DNA of 64,000 nucleotides from Nitrosopumilus sp. (GTDB taxonomy: Archaea > Thermoproteota > Nitrososphaeria > Nitrososphaerales > Nitrosopumilaceae). The translations under genes and the position numbers were made by a program. The stretch is from assembly GCA_965207075.1 (NCBI GenBank), contig CBDBLO010000002.1:1312001-1376000 (forward strand). Reading direction: 5' to 3'. The notes below the pieces were generated by a model. It did no database searches and was not told where the DNA came from. It saw nothing but the letters and a program-made list of their open reading frames with translations. Positions 57,255-64,000 of the stretch are shown piece by piece (the first letter of the stretch is position 1; each line of letters starts with the position of its first letter).

Positions 57255-58193
57255 TTGGCTCTCGACCCAATATTCTCTGATGCAGTCATATTTGCAAGCC
57301 TCCTGTCTCTCTTGAGCATAGGCCTGACGCTCACGTACCTCACCACGCGCGTCCCGAACTTTGCGCACGCCTCCTTTGCCACGATCGGCGTCTACATGGC
57401 GCTTGTCGCGACCCACGTCTGGGGGGTCACCCCGTACGCCTCGATCCCGGTCGCGTTCGTGGTGTCCGGGCTGGTCGCCGTCTCGTTGTATGTCTTCATA
57501 CTAAAGCCTCTGATACGGAAGGGAGCCTCGCAGGCGATCCTGATGATCGCCACACTTGCCTTTGACCTGATACTGATCGCGGGTCTGAACATCTTCGCGG
57601 ACTTTGTGGTACAGACGTTCAGGATCGCATCAAGGGAGTTTACGCTGCGCAGCTACGACGCCGAACTGGCGGGCCTTCCGATGGTAGTCTTCGTGGCGCC
57701 CGCCGCCATAGCCGTCCTGTCGCTGACGTTGTATGTAGTGCTGAAGAAGACAAAGTTTGGCATCGCGATGCGGGCCGCCACCGAGAACCAGGACCTCTCA
57801 GAGACCGTGGGGATCAACGTAAATCTAATCTACGTCGTCTCCTGGATGCTGGGGGGCGGGCTTGCGGGGGTGGCGGGCGCGCTCATGTCCCTGTGGTTCC
57901 AGGGAGATCCGAACCTGGGCCCGCTGATGATCCCAAGCGTCTTTGCCGCTAGCATCGCGGGGGGCTTTCTGAGCATCTACGGTGCGATTGCAGGAGGCTT
58001 GCTGCTTGGGCTTACGGAAGTTCTGGGAACCAGGTTTCTCGCCGGCGAGTTTGGCTCCTGGCTCATCGCGTACCGTCCGCTCATCCCGCTTGCGTTCATC
58101 GTGGTGACCCTGATGCTGGCGCCCCGGGGGATGGCAGGAATTGACTGGTCGAGGCTGGGAAGGAGAGTGAGGAGGCATGGTTCTGGAGACTGA
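57255..58193 (+). CDS. livH: Branched-chain amino acid ABC transporter permease
   Basis: GLTLTY...NFAH, TKFGIAMRA, PRG. Confidence 0.9.
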   Translation: MALDPIFSDAVIFASLLSLLSIGLTLTYLTTRVPNFAHASFATIGVYMALVATHVWGVTPYASIPVAFVVSGLVAVSLYVFILKPLIRKGASQAILMIATLAFDLILIAGLNIFADFVVQTFRIASREFTLRSYDAELAGLPMVVFVAPAAIAVLSLTLYVVLKKTKFGIAMRAATENQDLSETVGINVNLIYVVSWMLGGGLAGVAGALMSLWFQGDPNLGPLMIPSVFAASIAGGFLSIYGAIAGGLLLGLTEVLGTRFLAGEFGSWLIAYRPLIPLAFIVVTLMLAPRGMAGIDWSRLGRRVRRHGSGD

Positions 58194-59256
58194 AGCCATA
58201 TTCCTCATAGACCTGCTTGCAATATTCGCGGTCTACGTGATCGTCAACCTGAGCCTGAACATGGAGTTCGGGTATACAGGGATCCCGAACTTTGGCAAGG
58301 TGCTGGCAGTCGGGGCAGGGGCGTTCGTCGCCGCGTCGGTTCCCGGCAGGATATTCGCAGCCATGGCGGGCATCGAAGGGGACTACGTACTCGACAACCT
58401 CGCCATCGTCTCCCAAGTTAACGCATGGCTGGTGGACAACACGGGAATCGGGTTTGCCATCTTCTTCCTGACGCTGGGAGTAGCTGCCGCCGTGGGAGGG
58501 GGGCTGGGAATTCTCACGTCATATCCTGCGATACGCATGCGCGGCGACTACCTTGCCATCACGCTGCTGGCGTTTGGCGAGAGCATCCGCATAATCGGCA
58601 ACAACTTCACCCCGCTCGTGGGCGGGACGCTGGGAGTCCAGCTGCCGGACCCGCTGTCCTTCCTTCCCGACGAGATCCGCTTCTCGGTGGCCACGCTGGG
58701 ACTGGTTCTCATTGCGGCTGCCGTCTTTGTCTTTAGCGAGAAGATGATCCGCTCGCCGCTTGGAAGGCTACTTCGGGCCGTCCGCGACAACGAGGTCGCT
58801 GCGGAGTCCCTAGGAAAGGACACGGCGCGGATCAGGATGAAGGTGATCATGATCTCGGCCGCGCTCGCCGCGGTGGGCGGCGCGCTATACGCATTCTACG
58901 TGGGCGGCGCCATTGCGTTTGCATACGACAGGGCGAGCTGGACGTTCTGGCCGTTCCTCATGATTCTGATAGGCGGGCTTGCAAACAACAAGGGGGTCCT
59001 GTTCGGCACACTGATCTTCGTCACCGTGCGAAAGCTCATCATCTTCTTCAAGGACTCCTTTGAGGGACTGGTCCCCTTTGACATCATCTGGCTTGATTTT
59101 CTGCTACTGGGCGTGATACTGCTGGTGATACTGCTGTACCGCCCGCAGGGGCTGTTTGTGGAAAAGCCTACCGCGACGATTGGGAGAGGGGCGGGACGCG
59201 TCAGAAAGGATCGGGGCGGGGCAGGAAGAAGGCTGTTTGACTTTCTCTTCAGGTAG
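58177..59256 (+). CDS. livM: Branched-chain amino acid ABC transporter permease
   Basis: LNMEFGYTG..NFG, RMRGDYLAITLLAFGE, SPLGRLLRAVRDNE, RPQGL. Confidence 0.92.
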   Translation: MVLETEAIFLIDLLAIFAVYVIVNLSLNMEFGYTGIPNFGKVLAVGAGAFVAASVPGRIFAAMAGIEGDYVLDNLAIVSQVNAWLVDNTGIGFAIFFLTLGVAAAVGGGLGILTSYPAIRMRGDYLAITLLAFGESIRIIGNNFTPLVGGTLGVQLPDPLSFLPDEIRFSVATLGLVLIAAAVFVFSEKMIRSPLGRLLRAVRDNEVAAESLGKDTARIRMKVIMISAALAAVGGALYAFYVGGAIAFAYDRASWTFWPFLMILIGGLANNKGVLFGTLIFVTVRKLIIFFKDSFEGLVPFDIIWLDFLLLGVILLVILLYRPQGLFVEKPTATIGRGAGRVRKDRGGAGRRLFDFLFR

Positions 59257-59725
59257 GTCGTGCAGGCCCGGCCCATCCGTATGCGCCATCCCTCCCCCCC
59301 CCCCCGCCTAGCGACCTCTGGCAGGAACCACGACTCACCGGCATTCCGGGAGATGCTCGGGGGGATTCCGGACGGCGACGGGTACGTCGTGACGGACGCG
59401 TCGTATCCTATCAAAAGGAGGTGCCATATGATCGCGTACAGCAGAAGAGCCGGCTCCCCCCCCCACCCCCCAAGTGCATCTGTTGCAACCTCTCGTCTTA
59501 TCCCTGCGCGCTCCTTTCCCCGCGAACACATCACGTGGGCGCTGTAGATGGGTTTCGGATTTTGAGGCTGGGCCGACGGAACTGCCCGCCATGATCAGAA
59601 TTTTCCGGGCTTTCGACGGCTTGACCGCGTCTGCACCCGTTGAAACGTCCGCAACAATCACCAGAATATCGCCGAGTTGGACGCGCCAGATTGTGCCAAG
59701 CATTTAAGAACTATGCATCGCAGGT

Positions 59726-62194
59726 ATGATATTGGACTCAAAGAAGGGAGCCGCGATCGGGGTTGGCATAGCCGTGGTAATTGCCGCCGCCGTGGCGGCA
59801 GGCATTATGGGTTCGGCGCCCGTGGACGAGGCAGATGATCAGGTAGCTCCGGATGACGAAGGCGTGCCGGAGGCGCCGGCCGTTGAGGAGACGGTAGTGG
59901 AAGGAGGAGACGGACTCTCAGGCGACGTTACGATAGGGCTGATCCTGCCGCTCACGGGGGACCTGGCGCACAAGGGTCACGAGAACTGGGAGGGCTCAAA
60001 GTTCGGGCTGCAGCAGTTCAACAAGTACCTCGAGGAGAGGGGCGAGCCGTGGCAGCTCAGGATGGTCTCAGAAGACTCTGCGACCAACCCGGTCGTGGCG
60101 CTCGAGAAGCTCACCTCGCTCAAGGCAAAGGGGATCGACATCGTGGTCGGCCCCGAGACGAGTTCCAACATACGAAACATCAAGGGCTATGCGGACTCAA
60201 ACAACATGCTGCTGTTCAGCTGCTGCTCAACTGCGCCTGCGCTCTCGATCGCAGGCGACAGCGTCTACCGCTTGGTTCCAAACGACACGTTTCAGGGCAC
60301 GGCAATCGCAAAGAAGATACAGCACGACGGCGCCCAGGTTCTGGTCCCGATGTGGAGGGGAGACGCATGGGGCGACGGGCTCACGGAGGCCACGGTAAAG
60401 TCCATTGAGGAGCGCGGCCTTGCGGTGGCAGAGGGGGTGAGGTACAACCCCGAGTCCCCCGAGTTCTCCGCGTCCGTGTCGCTACTGGCCGCACAGGTGC
60501 AGGAGCTGGCAGAGGACTACGAGACGGATGAGATAGCAGTCGCGATATTTGGCTTTGGCGAGACGGTGAACGTGGTGCAGGCTGCGGCGCAGCACGACAT
60601 ACTTGACGACGTCAGGTGGTACGGCGGAGATTCCAACGTAAAGGAGATCGGGTTCATAGAGGATCCGATAGCATCCGAGTTTGCAGACAAGGTGCAGTTT
60701 ACCGCCAGCCAGTTCTCGATATCAGAGAACGAGGTTACAGAACAGATCGATGAGCACGTGCTAGAGGCCCTGGGACGTGAGGGATACGCCTACATCAACA
60801 CGTCCCACGACGTGGTGTGGCTCCTCGGGCTCTCCATACTGGAGGCGCAGAGCACGGACGTGGACGCGGTAAAGGCCGTACTTCCGGAGGTGGCCTCCAA
60901 GTACTCGGGCGCCCTTGACTCGGTAGACCTGAATGAGGCCGGGGACCTCAGCGGCGCGGACTATGGGGTCTGGAGTATAATAGACAACGAATGGGTGCTT
61001 GCCGACGTGTATGACTTTGAGACTGACTCCATAGTAGACCCGGCCGCCGACGCGTCCGAACTCTCAGGCGACGTTACGATAGGGCTGATCCTGCCGCTCA
61101 CGGGGGACCTGGCGCACAAGGGTCACGAGAACTGGGAGGGCTCAAAGTTCGGGCTGCAGCAGTTCAACAAGTACCTCGAGGAGAGGGGCGAGCCGTGGCA
61201 GCTCAGGATGGTCTCAGAAGACTCTGCGACCAACCCGGTCGTGGCGCTCGAGAAGCTCACCTCGCTCAAGGCAAAGGGGATCGACATCGTGGTCGGCCCC
61301 GAGACGAGCGCCAGTATACGAAACGTCAAGGGCTATTCGGACTCAAACAACATGCTGCTGTTCAGCTGCTGCTCCAGCGCGCCAGGACTTGCGATCGCAG
61401 GCGACAGCGTCTACCGCTTGGTTCCAAACGACACGCTGCAGGGCACGGCAATCGCAAAGAAGATACAGCATGACGGCGCCCAGGTTCTGGTCCCGATGTG
61501 GAGGGGAGACGCATGGGGCGACGGGCTCACGGAGGCCACGGTAAAGTCCATTGAGGAGCGCGGCCTTGCGGTGGCAGAGGGGGTGAGGTACAACCCCGAG
61601 TCCCCCGAGTTCTCCGCGTCCGTGTCGCTACTGGCCGCACAGGTGCAGGAGCTGGCAGAGGACTACGAGATGAATGAAATAGCAGTCTCTATATTCGGCT
61701 TTGGCGAGACGGTAAACGCGGCCCAGACCGCATCCCAGTACGACATACTCGGTGACGTCAGGTGGTACGGCGGGGCATCCAACGTAAAGGAGATCGGGTT
61801 CATAGAGGATCCGATAGCATCCGAGTTTGCAAACAAGGTACGGTATACTTCCAGCCAGTTCTCAATATCGGAAAACGAGATCACCAAAAAGATAGACGCC
61901 CACGTGCTAGAGGCCCTGGGACGTGAGGGATACGCCTACATCAACACGTCCCACGACGTGGTGTGGCTCCTCGGGCTCTCCATACTGGAGGCGCAGAGCA
62001 CGGACGTGGACGCGGTAAAGGCCGTACTTCCGGAGGTAGCCTCCAAGTACTCGGGCGCCCTTGACTCGGTAGACCTGAATGAGGCCGGCGACCTCGGCGC
62101 CGCGGATTATAGGATCTGGAGCGTCATAGACAACGAGTGGGTGATTGCCGACGTGTATGACTTTGAGACTGACTCCATAGTGCCCCCGGCCTGA
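59726..62194 (+). CDS. livK: Membrane-anchored ABC substrate-binding protein with two tandem LivK/LivJ-type domains
   Basis: N-terminal TM; two copies of IGLILPLTG...VVGP..S...CS(T/S)AP...YRLVPND...DAWG. Confidence 0.88.
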   Translation: MILDSKKGAAIGVGIAVVIAAAVAAGIMGSAPVDEADDQVAPDDEGVPEAPAVEETVVEGGDGLSGDVTIGLILPLTGDLAHKGHENWEGSKFGLQQFNKYLEERGEPWQLRMVSEDSATNPVVALEKLTSLKAKGIDIVVGPETSSNIRNIKGYADSNNMLLFSCCSTAPALSIAGDSVYRLVPNDTFQGTAIAKKIQHDGAQVLVPMWRGDAWGDGLTEATVKSIEERGLAVAEGVRYNPESPEFSASVSLLAAQVQELAEDYETDEIAVAIFGFGETVNVVQAAAQHDILDDVRWYGGDSNVKEIGFIEDPIASEFADKVQFTASQFSISENEVTEQIDEHVLEALGREGYAYINTSHDVVWLLGLSILEAQSTDVDAVKAVLPEVASKYSGALDSVDLNEAGDLSGADYGVWSIIDNEWVLADVYDFETDSIVDPAADASELSGDVTIGLILPLTGDLAHKGHENWEGSKFGLQQFNKYLEERGEPWQLRMVSEDSATNPVVALEKLTSLKAKGIDIVVGPETSASIRNVKGYSDSNNMLLFSCCSSAPGLAIAGDSVYRLVPNDTLQGTAIAKKIQHDGAQVLVPMWRGDAWGDGLTEATVKSIEERGLAVAEGVRYNPESPEFSASVSLLAAQVQELAEDYEMNEIAVSIFGFGETVNAAQTASQYDILGDVRWYGGASNVKEIGFIEDPIASEFANKVRYTSSQFSISENEITKKIDAHVLEALGREGYAYINTSHDVVWLLGLSILEAQSTDVDAVKAVLPEVASKYSGALDSVDLNEAGDLGAADYRIWSVIDNEWVIADVYDFETDSIVPPA
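59914..62181 (+). repeat. Intragenic direct repeat with 1146-bp period (59914-61035 vs 61060-62181)
   Basis: Long identical nucleotide blocks separated by divergent patches. Confidence 0.95.
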
Positions 62195-62263
62195 CGTTAG
62201 CCGCAACCGAATTCTGGCCGTCGTCGCCAAAGCAAGTCCGGAGCAGACAGGGTCACGGGCTGT

Positions 62264-62609
62264 TTGGCCTCTTCTGTAGCGGTCATCCGATCGGGGGAGC
62301 TGTCCGTCCACAGGGACGGGCTGAAGAACGGAGCGGCAGAGGAAGCCATGCGCGGCGATGTCAGACCAAAGATGATCCGTGATAGTGCGGGCGGGGAACC
62401 GCCGGACATGAGGTGGCCAAGAAAGATGGCGATTCCGGCGAAGTGAAGAGAAGGGCGGGCGCATAGGCCGGCCGCAGGGGGCCGTCCGTGGGGGGGGAGG
62501 GAGAAGCACGGCAAACTGCGCGATGCGCTTCTCCATCGGGCTGCGTGACACGCGTGGTAGATCCGACATGGCAGTCGCGAAGATTGCACGCAAGATGATC
62601 CACAACTAG
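62264..62609 (+). pseudogene. Possible degraded IS110-family transposase fragment
   Basis: Frame-broken pieces SVAVIRSGE, PKMIRDSAG, LRDTRGRSDMAVAKIARKM resemble the IS110 C-terminal domain. Confidence 0.3.
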
Positions 62610-62984
62610 CCGGGGCCCGCCAGAAGATGGTCTCGCGCCTGTACGTGGCCTAGGTCGGGTGGCGCTCCGCGTGTCGCGTCATGACCGCCCCGTGCATCGA
62701 CGCCATGCCGTGCACGTCGTTTGAGCCGCTGGTGCGCGTCACAACAGCGGGAGCCGGGGCTGGCCGCCGACAAGGGCAGAACCCGCGACGCCCGCGCAAT
62801 GTCACGCCCCGCCTCCCCCCCCTCCTCCCACCAGAGGAACGATGCAAGGACATGGCCGTTACCACGCGAGTCGTGGCACGAATCTAACCTGAACTTATGC
62901 TGTTCGGAAGAGATGAGGCGAGGTGACGCCGTCACGCAACGGCGCCGTCCTGCCGGCTCATTGCAATGCCGCTTCGGTTTTCTG

Positions 62985-63887
62985 TCACTGTGGCATTGAT
63001 GCCGCCTCTGCATTTATTATCGCAAGCGCCCCCATGATGGCCTCCTCCAGCCTGACGGTGGCAGTCTGCTGCCCCGGAAAAAAGTCCAGTATGCGGGCGC
63101 TGCTCATGGCCCCTACTCCTCCCCCGAGTATCTCGTGGACCCCGCGCTCAGGCGAGCCGAACACGACCAGCAGGTCGGAGCGGTCCCGCAGTATGCGCGA
63201 CGGCGGCACGTCCGTGCCGCCGCCCTCCTTTCCCCCACCGGCGGGCGCCCCACGCACGGGCCTGCCCTTTCTTGACGTTACTATGACCTGCCCCTCCCAC
63301 TCCGCGAGCAGTGACTTGAGGGATGCGCGCCCCCTTACCAAATAGCCCCAGTACAAGCCCGCCTGCTTCCTGTCGATCTCCGCGTACGTGGCGTCCGGCC
63401 CCGCGTTCTTTATGCGGACAGTCACGCGTCTTCCTGGCGGGGCCCTGCCCGTATACCTGAGGGGCCTGTTTGCCCCCACGTCTATGAATTTTCCTCCGCC
63501 CTTGCCCTCCCTTCTTCCCTTCCTTCCTCCCGCGGGGATTACGACGCCTTCGCGCACCTGCCCCGCCTCGAGCCTTCTGGAGGTAGCGTGGCTGGGTATG
63601 CGGAGGGGGAGCATCACGCCTGCAAACTTTAGATCGTCAGTGCGTGCAAACAGGTGCCTGCGTAGAAACTGTGGTGTCTCCAGGTACTTCAGGGACGTGA
63701 TAAGCAGGTCCGCGTCTGACCTGCCGCTGCTGCCGCCCTTGGAGCCGCCCCCCTCGCCATACACGTAGATGGTCTCGACCCCGAATATCGCGCACGCCCT
63801 TGCAATCACCGACGCCTTGCGAGTCTTTGCGGACTTTTGGGACTCGTCGGACAGGGACGTCTCTGGAATCGCGACGGATATGTTCAA
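62985..63887 (-). CDS. SPOUT-family RNA methyltransferase (MTH1/DUF171 type)
   Basis: VAIP..L, IARACAIFGV, YLETPQFLR, GLYWGY, LVVFG, TATVRLEEA. Confidence 0.9.
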   Translation of the reverse strand: MNISVAIPETSLSDESQKSAKTRKASVIARACAIFGVETIYVYGEGGGSKGGSSGRSDADLLITSLKYLETPQFLRRHLFARTDDLKFAGVMLPLRIPSHATSRRLEAGQVREGVVIPAGGRKGRREGKGGGKFIDVGANRPLRYTGRAPPGRRVTVRIKNAGPDATYAEIDRKQAGLYWGYLVRGRASLKSLLAEWEGQVIVTSRKGRPVRGAPAGGGKEGGGTDVPPSRILRDRSDLLVVFGSPERGVHEILGGGVGAMSSARILDFFPGQQTATVRLEEAIMGALAIINAEAASMPQ

Positions 63888-63893
63888 GCGTGA

Positions 63894-64000
63894 TTACTCG
63901 CCGCCACCGCTCTCGGGTGGCTGGTACTTTGACTTTGCGGCCGCGGCGTGCTCCGAGACCGACTCTGCCGCGACATTCTCAAAGGCGGCCGAGGACGTGC
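63894..64000 (-). CDS. C-terminal fragment of a gene starting beyond the window
   Basis: Open frame ...AAFENVAAESVSEHAAAAKSKYQPPESGGGE with stop 6 nt before the SPOUT start. Confidence 0.45.
   Translation of the reverse strand, partial: TSSAAFENVAAESVSEHAAAAKSKYQPPESGGGE

Noticed and set aside
1-64000. tRNA, rRNA, SRP or RNase P genes
   Set aside because: No T-loop/cloverleaf or conserved RNA signatures recognised by eye; tRNAscan-SE and Infernal would be needed to exclude them fully.

Overview
GC-rich archaeal DNA whose gene content and protein sequences (EF-2 with the diphthamide loop, CDC48, futalosine-pathway mqnE/mqnD, CBS-TrkH, F420-type LLM oxidoreductase, many thaumarchaeal-type hypotheticals) point to a Nitrosopumilaceae / Cenarchaeum-like Nitrososphaerota, possibly host-associated (inference). 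A core backbone is interrupted by four mobile elements whose ends can be read directly: an IS5-family (IS903-like) element (1334-2656; 23-bp perfect TIRs, 9-bp TSD), two inverted near-identical IS481 copies (2665-4001 and 24465-25801; 15-bp TSDs; the first inserted into the TSD of the IS5 element), and a 1494-bp element (10174-11667). This last element carries only a TnpB with an intact catalytic triad, yet it is bounded by GGGAAT(C/T)ATATA terminal inverted repeats and an 8-bp TSD. These are IS1595-type DDE-transposon ends, not IS200/IS605 ends, and this is the best candidate for an undescribed system. Other highlights: a 44.5-49.8 kb cluster with a regulatory-domain-less IPMS paralogue with an altered substrate pocket, a divergent branched-chain aminotransferase and a secreted 4xCache+SBP protein with no signalling domain; a tandemly duplicated LivK-type binding protein with changes concentrated at ligand-site motifs; and a 39-aa Cys/His microprotein absent from the ORF track. 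No rRNA, tRNA or CRISPR array was recognised. All family calls are from motif recognition by eye, with no database search.
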